Source of the DNA: a virus
Length of the DNA: 64,000 bases
Virus record (IMG/VR): IMGVR_UViG_3300022752_005671
Coordinates: 123,070-187,069 of that record
Reading direction: 5' to 3' (one strand)
How positions within the stretch are numbered: the first letter of the stretch is position 1; every line of letters begins with the position of its first letter. Under the pieces are notes generated by a model. The model saw only the letters and a list, made by a program, of their open reading frames with translations, was not told where the DNA came from and searched no databases. Shown here in pieces: positions 38,901 to 47,566 of the stretch. The position numbers and the translations under genes were made by a program.

Positions 38901-39425
38901 ATGAAAATAACTGAATCTAAGCTACGCGAAATAATCAAAGAAGAATACCTCAGAGTAACACCAGTCATGCCAGGCGAGATTATGTCTGAAGCCCGCGCGA
39001 TGTACTTGGCAGAAGAAATTGTAAATGAGGGATTTTTTGGTAATGTTTTAGCAGGAATTAAAGGAGCAATTAAAGGAGTAGGTGCAGCAGGAGCTAAAGC
39101 TGGCGAAAAAGCCGCTGGAGCTGCTTCAAGTGTTGGTGGACAGCTTGCTGCAGCTGCTCAAAAATTGACTGCTCCAATCGCTGCTGCAGGAAAAGATGCA
39201 GCCGCAGCAATCAAGGACATTAAAGATGCCGGTGTTAAAGCAGCAGCTGTTGCAGCATCAAATTCGATTAAATCTTCATTAGAAAAAGAAGTAAAAAATC
39301 AAGTCGCTTTGATTATTCAAAAAGAAGTTGCATCTGGAAAAGATGAAGCTGCTGCAAAGGCAGAAGCTGAAGCAGTCGTAGCAAATGCTTTAGCAGCCGC
39401 TCTTATGGGAATTGGCGGAGCTTGA
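38901..39425 (+). CDS. Ala-rich protein with MKITESKLREIIKEE leader (possible internal virion protein)
   Basis: Leader motif, then VNEGFFG and an amphipathic Ala/Gly/Lys-rich region. Confidence 0.7.
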   Translation: MKITESKLREIIKEEYLRVTPVMPGEIMSEARAMYLAEEIVNEGFFGNVLAGIKGAIKGVGAAGAKAGEKAAGAASSVGGQLAAAAQKLTAPIAAAGKDAAAAIKDIKDAGVKAAAVAASNSIKSSLEKEVKNQVALIIQKEVASGKDEAAAKAEAEAVVANALAAALMGIGGA

Positions 39426-39488
39426 TTAACCAATTTGAACTTTATCCTTGTATAATACTTTAACATTATATAAAATGTTGAATGTTAT

Positions 39489-39926
39489 ATGACTGAAGAT
39501 GAAGATAAAGTTCTTTGCGAAAAATATCCAAAGATATTCAAAAACAGAAACGGATCCATACAAGAAACCTGCATGGCATGGGGTTTTGAATGTGGATCCG
39601 GATGGTTTGATATAATCGATATTTTATGTCATGAAATCCAGAACCATGTAGACTGGAAATCAAAAGATTTACCGGAAGAAGAAAAAGAATTTTTTCAAGT
39701 AGTAGCCACTCAGGTTAAAGAGAAGTTTGGCACTCTTCGATTCTATTATGGAGGTGGAGATGATGTCGTCGAAGGCATGGTTTCGATGGCTGAGTCAATG
39801 TCACATCGAATTTGCGAAGAATGTGGATGTCCTGGAGATCCTCGAAAGGGATCATGGATAAAAACTCTTTGCGACAAGTGCGATGACGAAAGAAAGACAA
39901 AGACAGGGGTGATTCGATGCGTTTAG
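39489..39926 (+). CDS. Conserved phage hypothetical protein (QVKEKFGTLRFY type, C-terminal zinc ribbon)
   Basis: GFECGSGWF, QVKEKFGTLRFY, CEECG..W..TLC..C. Confidence 0.75.
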   Translation: MTEDEDKVLCEKYPKIFKNRNGSIQETCMAWGFECGSGWFDIIDILCHEIQNHVDWKSKDLPEEEKEFFQVVATQVKEKFGTLRFYYGGGDDVVEGMVSMAESMSHRICEECGCPGDPRKGSWIKTLCDKCDDERKTKTGVIRCV

Positions 39927-40750
39927 CTTGGATGACCGATATTCATCTTGACATGGCTGGAGATATTTTTAATAAAATATTGTCAATGTCAAGATCCAGT
40001 CATGAGGCTGATGCATTATTGATCACTGGCGACATATCAGTTTCTAATACGCTAACGCAGCATTTGTCTGCTCTTGAAATTGGTTTTAATAAACCAATTT
40101 ATTTTGTTCTTGGAAATCACGACTATTATGGGTCAAATATAATGACCGTAAGAAAAAATGTTGTGAACTATTGTAACTCTTCATCTTTTTTAAGATATAT
40201 GACTTCTATTCCTTACGTCAAGTTGGAAGAAGGAACATACTTGATCGGACATGACGGATGGTATGACGCTCAAAATGGAAATCCGTACAGCGATTCTTTG
40301 TTGATGAATGATTGGATTCAAATTTCTGATTACAATGCAGCGTTAAGATCTTCATTTGGTGGAAAGACTTTAAATAAAAACGTTATCATTAATATTTCAC
40401 AAAAGCTTGCACAATTATCTGCAAATCATGTTGCAAATTCTATTAAGTCTATTATTAAAGAAAGTGAACACATCATCGTAATGACGCATGTTCCTCCATT
40501 TAAAGAGACTTTTAATGCATCTGAAAAATATAAAGGTATGTCTTCTACGGAAATTATGCCGTGGTATACATCTAAGATCATGGGAGATACTTTATTAGCT
40601 GCAGCAAAAACATATCCGCACGTCAAGTTTACAGTATTATCTGGACACGTTCATAGTTATTATGACAACGATTTGCTAAATAACTTAAACGTTAAAGTCG
40701 GAAAAGCCGTTTACGGAAATCCTCAGTTAGCAAGTTTGATATCGGTTTAA
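39917..40750 (+). CDS. Calcineurin-like metallophosphoesterase
   Basis: TDIHLD, ITGDIS, LGNHDYY, THVPP, SGHVH. Confidence 0.9.
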   Translation: MRLAWMTDIHLDMAGDIFNKILSMSRSSHEADALLITGDISVSNTLTQHLSALEIGFNKPIYFVLGNHDYYGSNIMTVRKNVVNYCNSSSFLRYMTSIPYVKLEEGTYLIGHDGWYDAQNGNPYSDSLLMNDWIQISDYNAALRSSFGGKTLNKNVIINISQKLAQLSANHVANSIKSIIKESEHIIVMTHVPPFKETFNASEKYKGMSSTEIMPWYTSKIMGDTLLAAAKTYPHVKFTVLSGHVHSYYDNDLLNNLNVKVGKAVYGNPQLASLISV

Positions 40751-40767
40751 TTATTAGGAGGCGACCC

Positions 40768-41298
40768 ATGAAAAGATCGCTGCTTTTAAATTCAAATGGT
40801 GAACCTCTTCAGTTTATTACTGAAGTTAGGGCAATTAAACTTATGTTAAGTGGTCGAGCTGATCCTCAAACAGGATCTACTGGAGAACTTTCATACTGGA
40901 ATGATGAGTATCAAACTTGTTCAAGTAGTTTCAAATTGCCAGCTATTTTAAGATTGAAAAATTATATCGTTCGTAAAATCGACAGAAAGCCTGCTCGTTT
41001 TCAAAAAAAAGTATTATTCAATAGAGATTCATGGTGCTGTCAATATTGTGGTATAGAATTAAGCTATTCTTCCGTGACTGTAGATCATGTAATTCCTGTA
41101 TGTAAAGGTGGCCCAACAACCTGGTTCAACTGCGTTACTGCATGTAAAAATTGCAATAGAAGAAAAGGTGGAAAAACCCTTGAAGAAACCGGTATGCGCC
41201 TTTCAAAAAGACCTGTTGAACCATCAGCATTACATTTTTGGGATTTATCTAAGTCAACTGCGTGGCACGAAGATTGGTCTATATTCGTCAATACATAG
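40768..41298 (+). CDS. HNH endonuclease
   Basis: RDSWCCQYCG...TVDHVIPVCKGG..TWFNCVTACKNCNRRKG. Confidence 0.92.
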   Translation: MKRSLLLNSNGEPLQFITEVRAIKLMLSGRADPQTGSTGELSYWNDEYQTCSSSFKLPAILRLKNYIVRKIDRKPARFQKKVLFNRDSWCCQYCGIELSYSSVTVDHVIPVCKGGPTTWFNCVTACKNCNRRKGGKTLEETGMRLSKRPVEPSALHFWDLSKSTAWHEDWSIFVNT

Positions 41299-41336
41299 TT
41301 ATTAACTTACATTTACAAAAACTGCGTTTGAACAGA

Positions 41337-41344
41337 ATAGTTAT
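41337..41344 (+). promoter_or_regulatory. Putative late-promoter element ATAGTTAT (second copy at 41295-41302)
   Basis: Two ATAGTTAT copies upstream of the 41363 ORF. Confidence 0.5.
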
Positions 41345-41362
41345 GCTAGGAGTTTTTTACAC

Positions 41363-42415
41363 ATGCGTTTGAAATTATCTGATCTACAGAAAGTTGTCAA
41401 AGAAACCTTGCAAGAAAAGAGCCATACAGAAGCGTTTTGCAATGAGATTAAGAAAGTTTTTGGTCCTTCTGTCGTAGTCAATGACAATCTAGAATCTTTG
41501 GCTGAAGCCGCGAACGAGCGTTTAGATGTTATTGAATATATGGGGAGAGAGACCGTAAACTTTTCTCGTAAAGTTGCATTGGCTATGTCAACGCATGAAT
41601 CTCCTGAAGTAAGAAAATTAGTCGCAAGAGTTCTTCCAGAAAATGCATCTACAATTTTGCTTTTTGATCCTGCTGCTAACGTTCGTCTTGCTGCAGCAAA
41701 AAAAGCAAAGAAAGAAGTTTTAGAAGAAGCAGTAAAGAAGTTTCCAAAAGATACTGCTCTTCAAGATTTATTCGAAGAAAAGAAAAAAGAAAAAGTTTCT
41801 GCTGTTGAAGCAGCTGCTGGACATGACAATGAAGACATGTTGAGTGATAATTGGTATGAAGGTGTAGCCCGTAAATTAATTCAAGATTATGCTAGATCTT
41901 TAGATACAACATGGCAAACATCTGCAGTTAAACAATTTTGCTCATCAGTAAGAGCTACGACAAGAGTTCCAGTTGATCCAATAAAATTAATGGACAAAAT
42001 GTCAGAACTATTAAAGAAACATGATGATGCAAGAGAAGAATATCTCGAGTTGAAAGAAAATGCTCAATTTCAAACGACTATTTCTCAAGATGTAGTTGAT
42101 GATATGATGTGCGAAAGTTTATCGCCACAATTGTTCATAGAACGTTGTGATGATGTTTTTGGTATAAAGTATTCTGAGCTTCCTAGAGCAATTATGAAAT
42201 TTAAGATTGAAGAAGGAACGAAGGTAAGAAAAATACCAGTTTCTTGTACACTTCCTCATGGCAAAGCGCCTAGAAGAATTGACGAGTTAGCTTTAGATTC
42301 TTATGTAAAACATTGGAACGATAAACAAAAGCTGAACGGTGAGCCTTTTGTTATTAGCTGGACTTCTCATCCTGATTCGGCAAACAAAGTTACATTTAAA
42401 GTTGAGCTTAAATAA
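41363..42415 (+). CDS. Hypothetical protein with MRLKLSDLQKVVKE leader and HEAT-like repeats
   Basis: Leader motif; HESPEVRKLVAR and DPAANVRLAAA segments. Confidence 0.7.
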   Translation: MRLKLSDLQKVVKETLQEKSHTEAFCNEIKKVFGPSVVVNDNLESLAEAANERLDVIEYMGRETVNFSRKVALAMSTHESPEVRKLVARVLPENASTILLFDPAANVRLAAAKKAKKEVLEEAVKKFPKDTALQDLFEEKKKEKVSAVEAAAGHDNEDMLSDNWYEGVARKLIQDYARSLDTTWQTSAVKQFCSSVRATTRVPVDPIKLMDKMSELLKKHDDAREEYLELKENAQFQTTISQDVVDDMMCESLSPQLFIERCDDVFGIKYSELPRAIMKFKIEEGTKVRKIPVSCTLPHGKAPRRIDELALDSYVKHWNDKQKLNGEPFVISWTSHPDSANKVTFKVELK

Positions 42416-42975
42416 TGAAAAAAAAGAAATTATCAGAATCCATGGAAATGGTTCTTACAGTTGAACCAAACTTAACAGTAATGACAGATAATATGATTGC
42501 TGAATGGGGAGGTTCTTCATATGCTCCTCTTTCTGTCATTTTAGTGCATCTCAAGTATTTGTATGCGCTTCATCAAAATCATCATTGGACTGCAATGGGA
42601 GATCCTTATTATGGAGATCATTTGTTGTTTCAAAGACTATATGGAAATATAGTTCAAGAAATTGATGGAATCGCTGAAAAAGCAATTGGATTAGGCTCTA
42701 TATCAAACGTAGATTTACAACTTGTAAATTCTCAAGTTCTTAAGCTTATTTGTGGCCAAGGATCCGTGACAATGATTCCTCAATCAACTGACCTTGCGAA
42801 GAAGTCATTGATGGCAGAATTGAATTTTATTAAAGTCATTGATCACGTTATGGTATGTCTTAAAGAGCTTGGTCTTCTCACACACGGACTTTCAAATATG
42901 CTCGAAGGTATTGCCGACGTACACGAAAGTCATGTTTATTTATTAAAGCAAAGGATTTCAAAATCTTTAATCTGA
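42415..42975 (+). CDS. Dps/ferritin-like protein
   Basis: HQNHHWTAMGDPYYGDHLLFQRLY...EIDGIAEK ferroxidase-type motif and C-terminal HESHVYLL. Confidence 0.8.
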   Translation: MKKKKLSESMEMVLTVEPNLTVMTDNMIAEWGGSSYAPLSVILVHLKYLYALHQNHHWTAMGDPYYGDHLLFQRLYGNIVQEIDGIAEKAIGLGSISNVDLQLVNSQVLKLICGQGSVTMIPQSTDLAKKSLMAELNFIKVIDHVMVCLKELGLLTHGLSNMLEGIADVHESHVYLLKQRISKSLI

Positions 42976-42988
42976 AAGAAAATATTAT

Positions 42989-43528
42989 ATGAAGTTAACA
43001 GCTACAAAATTAAAGCAAATTATAGCAGAAGAAATAAAGGCTGCTGTTCAACAAAAGAAAACCATTTCAGAAGCCATGTCTCCTATCACTTCTGATGAAG
43101 TTGAAGCTTGGAAAAGCGGCGATTGGGGATATGTTTCTGGTGATCAAGATAGAATGATGGATGACGGCGACGATCCAGAGAGATTTTTACATGGAGAAGA
43201 TCCTCATGATGATGAAGGATCAATGGTAAAATCTCGTTTGTATTCAATGAAACAAATGAGTGCCGACCTCTGCAGCTTATTAAATCCAGAAGACCAGCTT
43301 CCTGGTTGGGTTCAAGATCATATTTCAGTTGCTCATGAAAATATGCAACAAGTTCATGGATATCTAATGGGAAAACAACATGCCGTTGAACATGAAATGT
43401 CTTCTGGCGACGTTGTTGAATCCAAGAGCCGATTGAATGAATCTCACAATCGAATCACAAAAGAAGAAATGAATGCTTGGATGCGTGGTGATTGGGGATT
43501 TAATTCCGAAGATTCTTCAAACGATTAA
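42989..43528 (+). CDS. Hypothetical protein with MKLTATKLKQIIAEE leader and two AW..GDWG repeats
   Basis: ITSDEVEAWKSGDWG and ITKEEMNAWMRGDWG flank an EGSM...LPGWVQDHIS domain. Confidence 0.7.
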   Translation: MKLTATKLKQIIAEEIKAAVQQKKTISEAMSPITSDEVEAWKSGDWGYVSGDQDRMMDDGDDPERFLHGEDPHDDEGSMVKSRLYSMKQMSADLCSLLNPEDQLPGWVQDHISVAHENMQQVHGYLMGKQHAVEHEMSSGDVVESKSRLNESHNRITKEEMNAWMRGDWGFNSEDSSND

Positions 43529-43569
43529 TATTGTTTGTAAATTCAATAATATAAAGATATTATCAAAGC

Positions 43570-44649
43570 ATGCAACGAACGCTTTGTTTTGATGATGTTC
43601 TTTTGGTTCCCCAATATTCAGAGATTGAGTCTAGAAAAAATGTTGACGTGTCTGTTTCGGGATTTGATGATCTTGATGCAGCGCTGACAAAATTGCATTC
43701 GACTCTAAAATGCCCTATCGTCGGATCACCGATGGATACGGTCATTAGTCCTGAAGTAGCTAGCGTTTTGGAAGACTTTGGCGGATTCGGGGTTTTACAT
43801 CGATATTGCACAATTCAAGATTCAGTAAAAATGTTCAAGGAAACGCTTGAAAAGTGTCCTGGACATCCTTTGCCGAATATCATGGTTGCAATTGGTGCGA
43901 CGGGAGATTATCTTGAGCGTGCTACTGCTTTATACGAATCTGGATGTAGAGCATTTTGCATTGATGTTGCACATGGCCATCATTCATCTGTAAAAAACGC
44001 ATTAAAAGAATTACGTCTTAAATTTGGAGATGAAGTTCATTTAATGTCAGGCAACGTTGCAACTCTAGATGCATTTAATGATCTTGCTGATTGGGGCTCT
44101 AACTCCATAAGAGTTGGTGTGGGTGGTGGAAGCATGTGTTCAACTAGAATTCGAACTGGTCATGGTATTCCAACTTTACAATCTTTGATGGATTGTGCAA
44201 AATCGGATCGTGACGTTTTTATTGTAGCAGATGGTGGAATTAGAAATTCAGGGGATGCTGTTAAAGCTTTGGCTGCAGGTGCAGATATGATTATGCTAGG
44301 ATCTATTTTGGCAGGACATGATGAATGTCCTGGCGATCTTGTAGATTCTCATGGATTGACGTATAAGTCATCGCAACCTATTGGCGTTCCACTTTTTAAG
44401 AAATTTAGAGGAATGGCTTCACGAGAAGCTCAACTTCAATGGAGAGGTAGAGTTTCTGTCGTCGAGGGAGAAAGTACTATGATTCCTTACAAAGGATCTG
44501 TAGCAAACACATTGACAGATTTGCTTGAAGGAATTAAATCAGGAATATCTTATTCAGGTGCTAGAACGATTAGAGAACTTAGAGCAAAGGCTAAGTTTGT
44601 CACAGTGACAGCACAAGGGGTCCGAGAAAATGGACCCCATGGTAAATGA
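43570..44649 (+). CDS. IMP dehydrogenase / GMP reductase family (no CBS domains)
   Basis: [61 protein letters not shown] versus GMPR cannot be resolved by eye. Confidence 0.93.
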   Translation: MQRTLCFDDVLLVPQYSEIESRKNVDVSVSGFDDLDAALTKLHSTLKCPIVGSPMDTVISPEVASVLEDFGGFGVLHRYCTIQDSVKMFKETLEKCPGHPLPNIMVAIGATGDYLERATALYESGCRAFCIDVAHGHHSSVKNALKELRLKFGDEVHLMSGNVATLDAFNDLADWGSNSIRVGVGGGSMCSTRIRTGHGIPTLQSLMDCAKSDRDVFIVADGGIRNSGDAVKALAAGADMIMLGSILAGHDECPGDLVDSHGLTYKSSQPIGVPLFKKFRGMASREAQLQWRGRVSVVEGESTMIPYKGSVANTLTDLLEGIKSGISYSGARTIRELRAKAKFVTVTAQGVRENGPHGK

Positions 44650-44675
44650 ATCTGATTTAGAAGTATTTTTTTAAA

Positions 44676-45221
44676 TCACTTTTCGCTCGGCCATTTGCCT
44701 GTTGCTTTATGCATCATCCATGCCGCGGCCGCAGCTGGATCTTCTGCCCAGCTAGAAACTTTTTTCATTTTTTGAGCAAACGTTTTTGTTCCTTTAAGAA
44801 TCTTTTTTGCAGTCTCTTTTGAAGGACCTTTATTTTCTGCCTCACTCATTCCGCATTCACAAGCGGCTTCGCTCATTCCACATTCACCGCAGGTAGAACC
44901 TTCTTCAACTTCATTTAATCCGCAAGAACAAGGCGCATCAAGTTGAACCGGCATCATTCCGCATGTTGGACATACGTTCTTCATATCACATTGGCATTGA
45001 GAAGCTGGAAGTCCGCAACCTTCGCAAGTTTTTTCTTGTTCAGCTTCTGGACATCCACATTTTCCATCAATTGACATCATTCCGCAGGACGGACAAATAT
45101 CTCCTAGATCATCTTCATGCATGTCTCTAACCCCGACAGCGCCAACGGTTGTAATTCCAGGAACTTTTCCAATAGGTTCACCGAACATTTCTAATATTGT
45201 TTTTTCTAGATTATTTTTCAT
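44676..45221 (-). CDS. Cys-rich protein with four CxxCG...CxC units
   Basis: 16 Cys in four repeats. The start is probably MKNNLE at 45221, with ATACTTAA on the minus strand at 45226-45233. Confidence 0.65.
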   Translation of the reverse strand: MKNNLEKTILEMFGEPIGKVPGITTVGAVGVRDMHEDDLGDICPSCGMMSIDGKCGCPEAEQEKTCEGCGLPASQCQCDMKNVCPTCGMMPVQLDAPCSCGLNEVEEGSTCGECGMSEAACECGMSEAENKGPSKETAKKILKGTKTFAQKMKKVSSWAEDPAAAAAWMMHKATGKWPSEK

Positions 45222-45256
45222 GGAATTAAGTATCATCAATACATAGATTATACTCA

Positions 45257-45562
45257 ATGGAATCTATTATTGTTACCACGAACGTGTTGTTGTATGGCAC
45301 GGCTTTTATTCTAGGCTTTATTGTAGGTAGAATAACTGGAAAGCCTGATTTAAGCGACCCAAGAATAGATCCGAAGGGTTCATTTTTTAAACCTGAGATT
45401 CGACAAAAAAAAGCAGTAGAGATTGATGAGAAGAAATTTGTTACGACAGTCTCGACTGATTCTTTGAAGAAAAAAGGAAAAGATTTGGGAACCCAAACTA
45501 TCGTCGATGATGACGTAAGCGCTTCTGCTTCGAAATTGGCGATGTTAAAGAAAAACAAATAG
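45257..45562 (+). CDS. Small membrane-anchored protein
   Basis: N-terminal hydrophobic helix VLLYGTAFILGFIVG and a charged tail; directly upstream of the actin-like gene. Confidence 0.7.
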   Translation: MESIIVTTNVLLYGTAFILGFIVGRITGKPDLSDPRIDPKGSFFKPEIRQKKAVEIDEKKFVTTVSTDSLKKKGKDLGTQTIVDDDVSASASKLAMLKKNK

Positions 45563-45588
45563 TGTATAATTCAATTAGGAGATAAGAC

Positions 45589-46593
45589 ATGGCTAAAGGA
45601 TTAGATGTAGGAACATCATTCATCGTTCTCGCAGAAGAAGGAACGAAAGGGAAAGTTACATATAAAGATTTTCGAGATGCATTTTATGTCATCAAGCCTA
45701 CGACCCCCATTGCTACGAAAATGATTGAAAAGGGTCTGGCAGGAAAAGTATTCGTCAAGGACGCTGACGGTTCTTTCATCATCCTTGGTAAGGATGCCAT
45801 TGAGAAGGCCGTAGAGAGAAATGATTCTGCAAAGCGTCCCATGTATAAGGGAGTTGTATCATCAAAGGAGAAGGATGCACGTAGAATTTTGACCTATATC
45901 CTTAAAGAAGTTGCTGGTACACCTTCTGAGGCAGGAGAAAAATTGGTATTTTGCGTTCCAGCGCAGCCTGTAGATCAGGAAGATGAGGACTTCGACGTTG
46001 GATACCATGAGGACGTTATAGTCAAACTCCTCACCGAAGTTGGTTATTCTGCGAGAGCTATCAATGAAGCAGAAGCTCTTTGCTACTCTGAATTAGAAAA
46101 GGATGACTACACCGGCGTCGCTCTATCATGGGGAGCAGGCATGGTCAACGTTTGCGTTATGTTGAATGGTGAACCTGTCGTTACATTCTCAACAACGAAA
46201 TCAGGAGATTGGGTAGATCGTATGGCTGCTGTCGCAACAGGCGAAGCTGATTCTATCGTTCAGGCAGAAAAGGAACAAGGCGACTTTACGGTTGGCCAAC
46301 CGAACGATAATCAGGTTCTAGCAGCTGTTGCTTCTTACTATGATCGTCTTATTGACTACACAACGAAGCAACTTGCCTCAGCAATGGATGGGCATAAGTC
46401 GATTCCAAAGTTTAAAGATCCTCTTCCGGTGGTTGTTGCTGGTGGAACTTCAAAAGCCAAGGGATTCGTAGACCTATTCGCAAAGAAACTGGAAGAGAAT
46501 GGCTTCCCTCTACCGGTCAAGGAAGTCCGCCATGCAGCAGACCCGCTGCACGCCGTCGCCCGTGGATGCCTCATCGCTGCACAAATTATGTGA
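45589..46593 (+). CDS. Actin-fold ATPase (MreB/ParM/FtsA-like)
   Basis: Phosphate-1 GLDVGT, RPMYKGV, FCVPA, connect INEAEA, phosphate-2 SWGAGMVNV, GDWVD..KE, adenosine VAGGTS, C-terminal AVARGC. AGGAG RBS. Confidence 0.85.
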   Translation: MAKGLDVGTSFIVLAEEGTKGKVTYKDFRDAFYVIKPTTPIATKMIEKGLAGKVFVKDADGSFIILGKDAIEKAVERNDSAKRPMYKGVVSSKEKDARRILTYILKEVAGTPSEAGEKLVFCVPAQPVDQEDEDFDVGYHEDVIVKLLTEVGYSARAINEAEALCYSELEKDDYTGVALSWGAGMVNVCVMLNGEPVVTFSTTKSGDWVDRMAAVATGEADSIVQAEKEQGDFTVGQPNDNQVLAAVASYYDRLIDYTTKQLASAMDGHKSIPKFKDPLPVVVAGGTSKAKGFVDLFAKKLEENGFPLPVKEVRHAADPLHAVARGCLIAAQIM

Positions 46594-46620
46594 CTCGATA
46601 TAAAAATGCTTTTTTTTGTA

Positions 46621-46628
46621 ATACTTAA
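46621..46628 (+). promoter_or_regulatory. Putative late-promoter element ATACTTAA
   Basis: ATANTTA motif 15 nt before the 46644 ORF. Confidence 0.5.
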
Positions 46629-46643
46629 AATACGTGAGGTTTT

Positions 46644-47369
46644 ATGAAGATAACAACGAGCCAGCTTCGAAGAATCATTAGAGAAGAAGTTGAACAAGAG
46701 AAGTTAAGAAGAACAATCAGAGAATCAATTCGTCAAGAGCTGGTTCGTGAAGGGTTCTTTGATAGAGTAAAAGACGTATTTGGTGCCGGAGTGATGAAAG
46801 ATTTTCCTAAACTTCTTGCTGGTGTGCGAACATTGACATCAACTGCAGCCACGCATGGTCCAAATTTGGAAAACCCTCAATATGCTTCTGATTTCTTAGG
46901 AAAAGCAATACATGAATCCGAGTTCGGTGTCGTAAACGTACCCGGAAACAAAGGAAAGGGTTTTGTTCTTTCTAAGATATTCGACGACCAAGGAAATCTT
47001 ATAGACAAGGATTTAAACAAAAAATTGCTTGATTTAGGGAAGCAATATGAAAATAAAAAACTAGACAGAGAAAAATTTGAGAGAAAGGTTTATGATCTAG
47101 TCGGAATAGTTACAACAAGATGGAGCGAATTTGCAGACTTTGCAAAAGATTTGGTTGCTGCGTGTAAAGCAAAAGCAGACAAGCAAAAAAAAGATTCTGA
47201 TGATGCATATGAACAAGGTCAGAAGGAAAAAGCTGCAAGATCAGCAGAAGATCGTGATCTCCGCATGAAAGTTGCTAGGAAGCTTGGTTTAGACCAGGAT
47301 GACCCGAGAGTCGATCAAGAAATGAACCGCATCCGCGGCCGCGTGGATCGCCCGTGGACCGAAGCGTAG
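46644..47369 (+). CDS. Hypothetical protein with doubled MKITTSQLRRIIREE leader
   Basis: MKITTSQLRRIIREEVEQEKLRRTIRESIRQELVREGFFD. Confidence 0.7.
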   Translation: MKITTSQLRRIIREEVEQEKLRRTIRESIRQELVREGFFDRVKDVFGAGVMKDFPKLLAGVRTLTSTAATHGPNLENPQYASDFLGKAIHESEFGVVNVPGNKGKGFVLSKIFDDQGNLIDKDLNKKLLDLGKQYENKKLDREKFERKVYDLVGIVTTRWSEFADFAKDLVAACKAKADKQKKDSDDAYEQGQKEKAARSAEDRDLRMKVARKLGLDQDDPRVDQEMNRIRGRVDRPWTEA

Positions 47370-47409
47370 ATCTTTCGTAAGCCTTTTAATAAAAACATCT
47401 GAGAACATT

Positions 47410-47432
47410 AAAAGCTCCGGAGCTTTTTCTTT
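47410..47432 (+). terminator. Palindromic hairpin / terminator AAAAGCTCCGGAGCTTTT
   Basis: Perfect 18-bp palindrome followed by Ts. Confidence 0.6.
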
Positions 47433-47474
47433 TGGTGTAAAGATCGTTCGACATGGGTTAGATTATGAAGAACC

Positions 47475-47564
47475 ATGTCAAACAACTACACAGGAGGACC
47501 CAAGAATCCCGTGCGAGTGCCTAACCGATTTGTCGGCATGCATTCGCATAGCGGATTCTCGTAA
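47475..47564 (+). CDS. dnaE: DnaE PHP-domain N-terminal fragment, out of frame with the rest of dnaE
   Basis: ATG 47475 reads MSNNYTGGPKNPVRVPNRFVGMHSHSGFS then TAA. The PHP motif resumes 5 nt after the Ser codon as TFDGLDYPQEH. Confidence 0.7.
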   Translation: MSNNYTGGPKNPVRVPNRFVGMHSHSGFS

Positions 47565-47566
47565 CG

